A stretch of 63,997 nt of DNA, the filler included, from Octopus bimaculoides (Eukaryota): NCBI RefSeq assembly GCF_001194135.2. It is 8 parts of 7 records of this genome, joined end to end, with 100 filler letters (N's around TTAATTAATTAA, not from the genome) between each part and the next. Parts side by side here need not be neighbours in the genome. Positions count along the whole stretch, not along the records: positions 34,101 to 51,995 come from NC_068983.1; positions 52,096 to 54,509 come from NC_068990.1; 6 more parts are not named here. The stretch is one strand, 5' to 3'. The number at the start of each line of letters is the position of its first letter. Positions within the stretch are counted from its first letter, which is position 1. The position numbers and the translations under genes were made by a program. Below are positions 40,831-52,573 of the stretch, piece after piece. Below the pieces are notes generated by a model, which was given only the letters and a program-made list of their open reading frames with translations, was not told where the DNA came from and did no database searches.

Positions 40831-41028
40831 TTGCATAACAAGTGACCTGATCTGACATCGTGTGCAGGAACGAAAACAATTGCAGCGTGGAAAGTGTTTA
40901 TAAGCCATTTAAGAAACACACAAAAACCGTTAGATTCACTTCAACATTTAAATTTAATTTGTGTTAAAATATTTTCGTCGCTTTGAGACCACGACCTGTT
41001 CACTGACAAAATTCTGTGCTGCATCTCA
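40831..41028 (-). mobile_element. Short interspersed repeat carrying the hammerhead motif (Penelope pseudo-LTR / retrozyme-like)
   Basis: Contains the minimal hammerhead. Resembles a repeat I recall as abundant in octopus sequence (not verified). Boundaries approximate. Confidence 0.4.
40956..41013 (-). ncRNA. Minimal type-I hammerhead ribozyme motif with G3-C8 swapped core
   Basis: AATTTTGTCA-GTGAACA-G-GTCGT-ggtctcaaa-GCGAC-GAAA-ATATT-T^-TAACACAAATT. Stem I about 9 bp, stem II 5 bp, palindromic stem III AATATT. Confidence 0.55.
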
Positions 41029-41449
41029 TTATAGTACACATGAATCTATTTACTCAAAACATTCTGTTTTCAAATAAACGCCATTATATAGCTATTTATA
41101 TTCCGAAGAGCGGTTACTCATACTATTCATATTCCAATGTCAGCCAAAATCATTTAAAGAGCGTGATTCTATATTAAATGTCTATTGTATGTGTACTATC
41201 ACCCTCGTTTTTTCTAACACTATCTCTGTGTTTCTTCATGCTATCTCCCAAACAACATATATAATTATATATGCATATTTACGTACACGTACACAAACCC
41301 ACATATGCACGCGCATAACGAATTTGTCCAGTCCTATATCTGAAAGATTCGAAAGAACTGCGTTAAATAATATTTTTGAATTTTCGTCTTCATGGTGTAT
41401 TTTGCGGGTATTTGTATAACCTTTGCTTATCTGTATGCACTTTTGTATT

Positions 41450-41485
<36 letters not shown>

Positions 41486-41586
41486 TATATATAACATACA
41501 TATGCATCTATTTAAATATATATATATATATATATATACGTGTATGTGTGTGTATGTGTGTGTATGTGTGTATGTGTGTGTATGTA

Positions 41587-41622
<36 letters not shown>

Positions 41623-41632
41623 NNNNNNNNNN

Positions 41633-41666
<34 letters not shown>

Positions 41667-42103
41667 TGTGTGTGCGTAAGTACATATGTGTGTGTTTCGG
41701 TTTTTTTTTGCAGCAATGAGAAATTAGTAAATAAATAATTTCAGAATCTCAAATGCAAATGAAGCTAAAAGTAAATTAATAGCTCATAAAATATCGGATT
41801 AATATATTCCTCAGACTGAACTGAGTCACGTGTCTGCCATATACGTCCCGTATAAACCGCTGCACCGACGAAACCTCGAAACTTTAGAATATCCGATTAG
41901 AAGCTTTTTATCTTGAAAAATTTGTCTGGTTTCCTTCGAAGCATATGAAATATAACATTGAAGATTAAAATTTTGGTGATATAAAGGGGTCATTTTCTCA
42001 TAATTTGAATGATAAAATTAAAACTATGTAATTATTAAAAAAAAAGATCTTTCTGTTTCATCCCTTATTATTATTATTTTTTTAAGAAAACTGTATTTTT
42101 TAC

Positions 42104-42475
42104 CTTCAAACACATTCGGGTTATTGCCGTTGGCGCGTGAGGATGATGACGTGGTTGACATTTCTTCGTAATCACGCGAGCACAACGAACCGGATACCCG
42201 CCTGTCACGTGTGGATGTGATGGTGTCCACATGAAATCCTGTATGATCATTCAAGTAACGCTGCAGTATTGTTTGTTTGAATTTGGGGTGAGAAAGATAT
42301 GAGTCTAGAGAACCTGTGTCGTTCGAACTTCCAGCGTCACCATTCAGACTCAGACACGAATATGAAGAATTCTGACATCCAGGGGGCGAGTGGCTATTCA
42401 CGCTAGGAAGCGAATAGTTTTCCGATATGACATCTGTATCTTTGGGGAATGTCGTGGAATTGTCAGTGGCAACCG
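42104..42475 (-). CDS. Internal coding exon A (372 nt, phase 1 to 1) of an unidentified minus-strand gene; Ser-rich, [13 protein letters not shown]...[13 protein letters not shown]...RDYEEM...NPNVFE
   Basis: Acceptor TTTTTTTTACTTTATATTTAG| at 42476/42475 and donor GAAG|GTAAAA at 42104/42103. 124 stop-free codons of non-repetitive, GC-richer sequence. Confidence 0.8.
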
Positions 42476-42600
42476 CTAAATATAAAGTAAAAAAAAAAAC
42501 AAAAACAAAATAATTGTGTATCTCTGTATGCACGTATATATGTATATGTGTGTGTTTGTGTGTGTGTATATATAGGTGTGTCAATATATATATGTATATA

Positions 42601-42643
<43 letters not shown>

Positions 42644-43033
42644 ATATGCATAATTATAAATACATATACATATATATATATATCATGTTNNNNNNNNNNN
42701 NNNNNNNNNNNNNNNNNNNNNNNNNNNNNNNNNNNNNNNNNNNNNNNNNNNNNNNNNNNNNNNNNNNNNNNNNNNNNNNNNNNNNNNNNNNNNNNNNNNN
42801 NNNNNNNNNNNNNNNNNNNNNNNNNNNNNNNNNNNNNNNNNNNNNNNNNNNNNNNNNNNNNNNNNNNNNNNNNNNNNNNNNNNNNNNNNNNNNNNNNNNN
42901 NNNNNNNNNNNNNNNNNNNNNNNNNNNNNNNNNNNNNNNNNNNNNNNNNNNNNNNNNNNNNNNNNNNNNNNNNNNNNNNNNNNNNNNNNNNNNNNNNNNN
43001 NNNNNNNNNNNNNNNNNNNNNNNNNNNNNNNNN

Positions 43034-43107
<74 letters not shown>

Positions 43108-43283
43108 TTCTGCATAAATACGTATGTATATGCCGTGTATGTGTGCACGTGCTGTAGTATTTGGGTTATTTGTTTATGTTAGTAAGAAAGGGTGGAAGCA
43201 TTATTCATGGCTGGATTTTTTTATTATCGAAAATATCAGACATGAGAAGCGGGAAAATGATCTACAGGGCGTTTGAATGCACG

Positions 43284-43348
<65 letters not shown>

Positions 43349-45433
43349 CAATACACCCAGAAATATATATATATTTTCAAGCCCGTACACTATGTTATAT
43401 TAGTAAGAAATGGGAATGACAAATTAAAGAGTACTCAATGCTGGTTATAGGGTAAATAAATATATACATAAAAATCCCCCCTGATGAATGCTTCTTCGAA
43501 TGAAACCTGGTGATGAAGCAGTAGCTGAGCGTATATGTGTTTGCTTTGTAAATGTGTGTATTTAATGAATAATAATGAAAGTATAAATATGTATAGGTAA
43601 TCAATAAAAAAAAGCCTTTCGGATGTTCAGCATGGCACCAGAAGTAAAAATATGACTCGAGGGTAAGTTACCTATGAAAAATAGACACATATATAGAGCC
43701 AAATGTACAAGCACCATGGCGCGCACGCACACACAGACACGTTTAAGTAGTTATACGATTAATAATCGGAGAGTCATGGATTTGAGCAAAAGTACTCAAT
43801 AGCATAAAGTAGAGAGTAAATAGATTGTTTATTCAGATGATGACTCAAGACAAATCGTGTTCCTTTCAAGCTTCGAAATCATCAGAGGTACTCTGATGTT
43901 TTGGATATTCGAAAGAAACAGGACTGGTCTTGTAAGCACCATCATCTGAAGAAACACACTTAATCACCAACACTTTCAGGCACAAACTCAAACACATACA
44001 TACCAACGCATATCTGCGCGCGTGTGTGTGTGTGCGCACGCGTGCATGTGGATAGACAGAGGAAAATGAAGCAAAACTGAAATTCGACAGTCGCTCGCGA
44101 AAGGAAACTAGATGTCTTGATAAATATCTTAGTCGACGAGACGATTAAATTGTAGTCAGTCTGGAAATTGTTTCAACGAAAAAGGTAGCTTTGTGTAACT
44201 TTCCAGTAATTTACGAAAGTTTGGTGTATGCATTTAAGATCATTTCAATTTTGTATTAGCTTTCATACGTTGCAACGATTCGTACCAAGTTCGTTAAGTA
44301 AAACAAAACGAGATACACATACAGACAGAGGAAACTGTTTATCAGGATCTCTTTGGAGTAGAGCCTTTTAGATAACAATGCGCGACTCATAGCATTAGTA
44401 GAAGATATAACAATACTCTGCCTGTGTTAAGAAGCGACTAATTTTGATAACAATAATTGCAGGGAAAATAGAACTCAATTCATACGTATATATATANNNN
44501 NNNNNNNNNNNNNNNNNNNNNNNNNNNNNNNNNNNNNNNNNNNNNNNNNNNNNNNNNNNNNNNNNNNNNNNNNNNNNNNNNNNNNNNNNNNNNNNNNNNN
44601 NNNNNNNNNNNNNNNNNNNNNNNNNNNNNNNNNNNNNNNNNNNNNNNNNNNNNNNNNNNNNNNNNNNNNNNNNNNNNNNNNNNNNNNNNNNNNNNNNNNN
44701 NNNNNNNNNNNNNNNNNNNNNNNNNNNNNNNNNNNNNNNNNNNNNNNNNNNNNNNNNNNNNNNNNNNNNNNNNNNNNNNNNNNNNNNNNNNNNNNNNNNN
44801 NNNNNNNNNNNNNNNNNNNNNNNNNNNNNNNNNNNNNNNNNNNNNNNNNNNNNNNNNNNNNNNNNNNNNNNNNNNNNNNNNNNNNNNNNNNNNNNNNNNN
44901 NNNNNNNNNNNNNNNNNNNNNNNNNNNNNNNNNNNNNNNNNNNNNNNNNNNNNNNNNNNNNNNNNNNNNNNNNNNNNNNNNNNNNNNNNNNNNNNNNNNN
45001 NNNNNNNNNNNNNNNNNNNNNNNNNNNNNNNNNNNNNNNNNNNNNNNNNNNNNNNNNNNNNNNNNNNNNNNNNNNNNNNNNNNNNNNNNNNNNNNNNNNN
45101 NNNNNNNNNNNNNNNNNNNNNNNNNNNNNNNNNNNNNNNNNNNNNNNNNNNNNNNNNNNNNNNNNNNNNNNNNNNNNNNNNNNNNNNNNNNNNNNNNNNN
45201 NNNNNNNNNNNNNNNNNNNNNNNNNNNNNNNNNNNNNNNNNNNNNNNNNNNNNNNNNNNNNNNNNNNNNNNNNNNNNNNNNNNNNNNNNNNNNNNNNNNN
45301 NNNNNNNNNNNNNNNNNNNNNNNNNNNNNNNNNNNNNNNNNNNNNNNNNNNNNNNNNNNNNNNNNNNNNNNNNNNNNNNNNNNNNNNNNNNNNNNNNNNN
45401 NNNNNNNNNNNNNNNNNNNNNNNNNNNNNNNNN

Positions 45434-45800
45434 TCATTGGTTGTTTTGTCTGTTCGTTTGCAATTTCATACGGCGATCAAGACACGATGAAGCCGAACTT
45501 GGTTCTTATATCGTTTTTCTTTTTAATGAAGTAGCGTCTTTCTTGGTGAGTCTTCACTGTGAGTTGGGAGAGGACTCGTGTGACAGTGGTTTGTTTGGTC
45601 GCGCCTTTCTTGGCTTCCTCAACGTAGCCGAATCAGTGAAAGCAGACGACCGTCGAGAGAGAAAGGGAGGGAGAGAGAGAGAGAACGGAGCCGAACCCTG
45701 TAAAACTGAGGTGCGTTGTGAAGAAATCTGTCTCAACTTGTCAGCCAATCCATTGAGTTTTATAAGCTCACTGAACAAGGTGTAAGCTCGTGCATCGTAA
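45434..45800 (-). promoter_or_regulatory. Putative promoter / 5'UTR of the minus-strand gene
   Basis: Unique, CpG/GC-enriched island upstream of exon A. On the minus strand: TATAAAA 45764-45758, ATTGG 45749-45745, TCAGT 45709-45705, and an ATG at 45437 running into the gap. Motif spacing is not canonical. Confidence 0.3.
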
Positions 45801-46234
45801 ATAAATCCTCGAGTGCTGAATGTATATAATAAGTACAATAAACATAACAAAAGCAACAGCAGCAACAACAACGACAACAACAACGACGACGACGACTACG
45901 ACGACAGTGGTGACAACAGCAACAACAAATATGAACAAGCCAAAAGGAAACCCTTAAAATAAATTGCAAAACATTCCTGAACTCATTACCCTGATGAGTT
46001 TCGCATTTAAAACGACATTTTAGATAAGGTGGTCCTAGATATAGTGTGACTGTATGAAAGATGGAAAGATCAAGTCTGAAGATCTTTCTTCATTGTTTTG
46101 CTTGGCCAGAAAAAACAAAACAAAAACAATATTCAGAAGGCAAGAACAAGCGCCAAAAAGCAGCAGCAACTCCGTATCAACGCTATTAAAACAGATACAC
46201 GTATGTATGTACGTATGTATGTACGTATGTATGT

Positions 46235-46617
46235 AGTGGAGGTGCAATGGCCCAGTGGTTAGGGCAGCGGACTCGCGGTCATAGGATCGCGGTTTCGATT
46301 CTCAGACCGGGTGTTGTGAGTGTTTATTGAGCGAAAACACCTAAAGCTCCACGAGGCTCCGGCAGGGAATGGTGGCGAACCCTACTATACTCTTTCACCA
46401 CAGCTCTCTCTCACTGTTACTTCCTGTTTCTGTTGTGCCTGTATTTCAAAGGGCCAGCCTTGTCACACTGTGTCACGCTGAATATCCCCGAGAACTACGT
46501 TAAGGGTACACGTGTCTGTGGAGTGCTCAGCCACTTGCACGTTAATTTCACGAGCAGGCTGTTCCGTTGATCGGATCAACTGGAACCCTCGTCGTCGTAA
46601 GCGACGGAGTGCCAACA
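46235..46617 (+). mobile_element. tRNA-derived SINE with the same head as 39014 but a different tail
   Basis: First about 170 nt match 39014; tail matches 8291-8470 and the reverse complement of 28845-29030. Confidence 0.85.
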
Positions 46618-46819
46618 TGTATGTATGTATGTATGCATGTATGTTTGTGTGTGAGCGTGTGTGTGTATGTATATATGTGTGTATGTATGTATGTAAGTAT
46701 GTTTGTATGTATGTAAGTGTGTGTGTAAAATAAATCGAAAGGTATAATGAATAAACGCTCTATTTGCTCAAAATAACTTTATAACATTCCCATATTATCA
46801 TAAATCGAACATAAATATA

Positions 46820-47405
46820 TATTCTTTTCTACTCTAGGCATAAGGCCCGAAATTATTGGGGAGGGGACCAGTCGATTAGATCGACCCCAGTGCGCAACTG
46901 GTACTTAATTCATCGACATCCGAAAGGATGAAAAGCAAAGTCGACCTCGGCGGAATTTGAACTCAGAACATAAAGACAAACGAAATACCTCTAAGCATTT
47001 CGCCCGGCGTGCTAACGTTTCTGCCTGCTCGCCGCCATAACATAAATATATATTCTTTTCTACTCTAGGCACAAGGCCCGACATTTTTGGGAAGGGGACC
47101 AGTCGATTAGATCGACCCCAGTGCGCAACTGGTACTTAATTCATCGACCCCGAAAGGTGTGCTAACGTTTCTTATTTCTTTATTGCCCACAAGGGGCTAA
47201 ACATAGAGGGGACAAACAAGGACAGACAAACGGATTAAGTCGATTATATCGACCCCAGTGCGTAACTGGTACTTATCTAATCGACCCCGAAAGGATGAAA
47301 GACAAAGTCGACCTCGGCGAAATTTGAACTCAGAACGTAGCGGCAGACGAAATACCGCTAAGTATTTCGCCTGTCGTGCTAACACTTCTGCCAGTTCGCT
47401 GCCTT
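46820..47405 (-). mobile_element. Tandem cluster of AAGGCGGCGAGCTGGCAG-type tRNA SINEs (monomer plus dimer)
   Basis: Repeated core GCCTTTCATCCTTTCGGGGTCGAT...AAGTACCAG; target AACATAAATATA present three times. Confidence 0.85.
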
Positions 47406-47890
47406 AACATAAATATACAATAAAAGTAACAGGGCATCCAGTGGTAAAACCCAACAGTACAAAATATACACATATATAAGTATGTATGTAGGTATGTAGG
47501 TATGTAGTCGCCGAGGTCGACTTTGCCTTTCAAAATATACACATATATAAGTATGTATGTATGTTTATCAAGCAGTGATGAGGACAAACACGGACATAAA
47601 GACACACACGCGCGCACGCACGCACGACGGGCTTCTTTCAGTTTCCGTCTACCAAATCCACTCACAAGGCTTTGGTCAGCCAGAAAGCATGCTCGGAAGC
47701 TTGTGGTTGGAAGGCAAACTCTTTGCCACACAGCCACGCTTACGCCTATATACATGCATACATGCATACATCATATATATATATATAGATGATGTATGTA
47801 TGTGTGTATGAATACACACACGCACGTGTCTTTGTGTCCGTTTCCCTCTTCCTTGCTCCTTCCGCCTCCTTCCCTTTTTCTTGTATATCT

Positions 47891-47933
<43 letters not shown>

Positions 47934-48324
47934 TTTCTTTCATTCATACGTTTCTGTGCTACATTCATTTATTTTTGCTTAGGCTAACTCGTACTTCCAT
48001 TTATTTAATTATCTGTTTATTTCTGTTGTCCGTTATTGCTGTTATGCAATCCACCTGAATAAGCGATTAATAATATTTAGTTAGTAAACATCTGTTTCTA
48101 TGTTTGGATTTAACGTAGATTGCTCACTAACACTAAAAAAAACAAAAAAACAACAACAAAAAACCCAGAAAAATCGATAAAAACCATTAAAATGTTTGTG
48201 TATGTGTGATTATATGCATGCAGAATATTCTTTATTCTTAAGCCATCAGGTCAACAACTCTTGGAATTTTCCATGATAAACTCCATGTCATTCCCACAGA
48301 ATTTTTGAGGAGAATGCAAAAGTA

Positions 48325-48552
48325 TTGGGTTGTCCGGAAAGTTTGTGCCAATTTTTAAAGGAAAGAAAACGGTCAATAAATACTTGCCATTACATTTTTA
48401 ATCAACCAAATATGAACCATTTTGGTGCACAATGCGTCTCCATCTTTCCTTTAACTTGAAAATACCCTCTTCCCAAAACTGAGGTGGTTTCATGGCAAAT
48501 AAGTCGAAAGGTAAGCTACTATAAATCGGCACGAACTTCCCGGACAACCCAA
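48325..48552 (-). mobile_element. mariner deletion derivative (MITE)
   Basis: About 30-bp TIRs TTGGGTTGTCCGGAAAGTTTGTGCC / GGCACGAACTTCCCGGACAACCCAA, TA TSD. Minus strand gives FAMKPPQFWEEGIFKLKERWRRIVHQNGSYLVD*. Confidence 0.85.
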
Positions 48553-48653
48553 TATTTATCTGCTGCCTTCATGTGATTTTATTTTTTTATTTTACAAGAG
48601 ACCGTCTTGTCAGCTGAGGGAATAAGAAAGAGCGGGAAATTTGCAAGCATATA

Positions 48654-48876
48654 CAAGGGAGTGTTAAAAAGGTTTGGACTTGAAGGCTATCGTGAAAGGC
48701 CTGGTTGGAGGACCAACCTTTCGAGTTTTTATTTTTATTTTGCAGGGCTTAGAAAAACTGAAGGACCGCTGCAATAAGCGTATGAATCTGAAGGGAAAAT
48801 ATTGAACAGCATCATAATTAACTGATCCTCCTGTATTTTCTTTTACACAAAACCAGGAACTTTTCAACACCACTCG
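48654..48876 (+). mobile_element. Second copy of the same mariner MITE family as 16-220
   Basis: Colinear similarity to 16-220; GLEKLKDRCNKRMNLKGKY; TA flanks. Confidence 0.8.
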
Positions 48877-49511
48877 TATAATATAGTAAAGTAGGTATTG
48901 TTTCGAGTGCTAGGACGCATAGGGCTGGTTTCTCGATTTCCATGGCGTATAAGTGAGCAAGATCAGAACAATCCCTATGAAAACACGCCAGTCCGTCGGA
49001 CGGTTACTCATCTATAGTGGATTGGACAGGGAACTATGTGAAATGAAGTGTTTTGCTCAAGAATACAACATATCGCCCAGTCAGGGAATCAAAACTACGA
49101 TCTTTCGATCATGAGTGTATTGTTATATCATATATTACACGCATGTGTGTATGTGTGTGTGTAGAATACGAGAATTTTAATGGAGATAAAGCTCCAGTAT
49201 ATAGTACAACTGTTTTTTTCGTTCGTATATGAGCTGAAGATTAATGAAATTTGGTATAAGATAAAACGTTCAGATATTTGTCTTAAACATTCAAACAAAC
49301 AAATTCACAATTCAGATGTATGATATGAGATATTATTCCATTCAAATAACCACATATTTATATTAAGACAAAGATGATAAAATTATAGAAGTATAAACAT
49401 AAAAAATATAAGGAGTAACATGAAAATAGAAAATGTAGTTAGAATAGGTGTATGTATGTATGTATGCATTTTGGGATGGTCATTTTTTTGCCAAGTATGT
49501 GTATTTCCATG

Positions 49512-49567
<56 letters not shown>

Positions 49568-50536
49568 NNNNNNNNNNNNNNNNNNNNNNNNNNNNNNNNN
49601 NNNNNNNNNNNNNNNNNNNNNNNNNNNNNNNNNNNNNNNNNNNNNNNNNNNNNNNNNNNNNNNNNNNNNNNNNNNNNNNNNNNNNNNNNNNNNNNNNNNN
49701 NNNNNNNNNNNNNNNNNNNNNNNNNNNNNNNNNNNNNNNNNNNNNNNNNNNNNNNNNNNNNNNNNNNNNNNNNNNNNNNNNNNNNNNNNNNNNNNNNNNN
49801 NNNNNNNNNNNNNNNNNNNNNNNNNNNNNNNNNNNNNNNNNNNNNNNNNNNNNNNNNNNNNNNNNNNNNNNNNNNNNNNNNNNNNNNNNNNNNNNNNNNN
49901 NNNNNNNNNNNNNNNNNNNNNNNNNNNNNNNNNNNNNNNNNNNNNNNNNNNNNNNNNNNNNNNNNNNNNNNNNNNNNNNNNNNNNNNNNNNNNNNNNNNN
50001 NNNNNNNNNNNNNNNNNNNNNNNNNNNNNNNNNNNNNNNNNNNNNNNNNNNNNNNNNNNNNNNNNNNNNNNNNNNNNNNNNNNNNNNNNNNNNNNNNNNN
50101 NNNNNNNNNNNNNNNNNNNNNNNNNNNNNNNNNNNNNNNNNNNNNNNNNNNNNNNNNNNNNNNNNNNNNNNNNNNNNNNNNNNNNNNNNNNNNNNNNNNN
50201 NNNNAGAACTGTAGAGTTTAATATCTTCATCATAAGCACTGAGTGACCTGTCTTTCTTGCGGGGTGAGGTTTAGGGATTTGGTGGGTGATGTAGTTTTGA
50301 TTATATATATTTTATCATATTTAAAATTATCGCTTTCAAGTCCTTGCGTAATTTTAAAATTTGTTTAACATAATGTATGGTAGAATTAATTGGTAAGAAT
50401 AATATAAGTGAAAAAAATTAATGAAATATATATATGTGTATGTACGTGTGTGTGTGAGAGTGCGTGTGTATGCGTGTGTGTGTGTATATGCGTGTGTATG
50501 TGTTATATGCCTATGTAAGTATATGTGAAACATATA

Positions 50537-50812
50537 CGTGGTCTGATCAATAAGTATCCGGATTGTTGCCATAGTAACGAAGCTAAAGTATGTTGAGTAA
50601 AGCCACTTTGCACAGATTGACCTTGAACACTGCCGTGCATGCGCACTGAATTTTAACTTTCTTGCTCACTTCCGCTGTTTACGGCAGTGGTTGGAAGGAA
50701 GTTGTATAACGTGTGATCGTCGCATTGACCACGACAGGAAAAGTTGAGCAGAGAATCTGCACTAAATTTGATTACTATAGCGGTAGTCCGGATACTTATT
50801 GATCAGACCTAG
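50537..50812 (+). mobile_element. mariner deletion derivative (MITE), 5' end retained
   Basis: TIRs GGTCTGATCAATAAGTATCCGGA / TCCGGATACTTATTGATCAGACC, TA TSD, N-terminal motif KVEQRICTKF. Confidence 0.85.
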
Positions 50813-50868
<56 letters not shown>

Positions 50869-50897
50869 TATATATGTATATATGTATGCATAAAGTA

Positions 50898-51540
50898 TAG
50901 AGTGACACCATAAAAAAAGGGGTACTTTTGAAAACCCAACAAAAACGGGAAAAATCCAAATCCAAGAAAAAGAGTTTTTGACAGAAATGAAACAAGTTTT
51001 TTCAAAAATGAAGAGGGGATCACAACGACTATCTCTTCGGATCGATACGTTGAGACGTTGCAATCTTTTGTTGCATCTGCATTGGACGATTTTCCGCAAC
51101 CTCACGAACGATGGTGCGACATCGCACATTACAAGGTAACCAATGGCAGCTGTGCGAGATTTGTTTGGTAACCGTATCATCTCAAGATTCGGTGTTCTTC
51201 ACTGGTCCCTAAGATCATCAAATTTTTTTTGTTTGTCTGTGATTATTTTCTTGTGGGGCTACATTTACATTTACAGGCTCAGCTAAGGACACTGGATAAA
51301 TTAAAACAAAAAATTCAAGACAAAATTCGTGAAATACCACCTGAGTCTTTACACCGAGCAATGGGGAACCTCAACAGTAGATTGGCAGAGGACCTAATTT
51401 TCAGACATTAATAGTTTGGATTCCTGATTCTTAAAAGATAAGTTGCTTAATTTCTGTCAGTGAATTTTTTTGTTGAATTTGGGATTTCCCTATTTTTATT
51501 GGGGCTTTTAAGAGTTCCCCTTTTTTCTCTGTCACTCACA
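50898..51540 (+). mobile_element. IS630-Tc1-mariner transposon, internally deleted, degenerate C-terminal transposase
   Basis: DGATSH..MAAVRDLFGNRIISRFG.LHW..RS...CDYFLWG with frameshifts; degenerate TIRs of about 45 bp (GAGTGACA...AAAAAAGGGG). Confidence 0.8.
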
Positions 51541-51867
51541 TTTCATTTTAAAAATTTAATACAAGCAAGAGACTGAATATGCTTCATGTTATGTAAGCCT
51601 GTATTTTAACCTGGTGACCGTTCTGGACCAGGCATTGCTGATAACGCAAAGCAATGGAATCGTAAAAATCAAGAAATATTTTGTTAGGCGTTCGTGCGCA
51701 TTCTTGTTCAATGGCTGCCTTTAATTTGTCGATGGTTGGCGGCTTTGTACCATAAACTTTATCTTTTAAGTATCCTCATTAAAAACAAAATCTATGGTCT
51801 AAGTCACGATAAACGCGTGAGGTATTCAAGTGTACATGTATATATGTATGTACACACATATACGCAA

Positions 51868-51907
<40 letters not shown>

Positions 51908-52095
51908 TTATACATACACACACGCACACACACACACACACATTTATGTATATACGTATTCATATACGAAAAGTTTTAACTTGACGTACTGGCTTNNNNN
52001 NNNNNNNNNNNNNNNNNNNNNNNNNNNNNNNNNNNNNNNTTAATTAATTAANNNNNNNNNNNNNNNNNNNNNNNNNNNNNNNNNNNNNNNNNNNN

Positions 52096-52342
52096 GTTTT
52101 GCGCATTTCTCAATATGATCACTAAAAGGTATCATTCGGTATTCTGGGTGTGCAATCTGCTGGCGGTGCAGAGTGCATCTACGTCTGAGCGATAATCCTG
52201 TGGACCCTATGTAGTTCTCGTGGCAGCCCGAGCATCTTATTACATAAATAAGATTTTCTGAGGCACAAGTAAAGTTAGATTTAACTTTGAATTTGTGTCC
52301 CTCTTTGAAGAGGAATTCTGAACCTTCTAGAATGTTTGGGCA
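52096..52342 (-). mobile_element. Penelope-like element GIY-YIG endonuclease fragment
   Basis: FTCASENLIYVIRCSGCHENYIGSTGLSLRRRCTLHRQQI: LIY...YIG motif with the CxxC spacer typical of Penelope-like elements. Confidence 0.85.
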
Positions 52343-52573
52343 TTGCCCAAGGTGCCACGCAGTGAGACTGAACCCGGAACCATGTGGTTGGGAAAGAAAC
52401 TTCTTACTACACAGCCATGCTTGCAAACGAAGCTCATATAGACAGGTGTCTGAGCCACAATTTACTAAATGAGCTTTGCTCTGTATTCGATCTGGGGGAG
52501 TTACCTGATGTGGTCAAGGAACATCATCGTCATCATTACCATTTTCCTGAATTATTTTTTTAGCGAATATATG

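Noticed and set aside
43480-46035. CTGATGA...GAAA look-alikes at about 43490, 43870 and 45991 (also 4926, 26796, 57666)
   Set aside because: Each lacks stem II, a valid NUH site, or stem I pairing.
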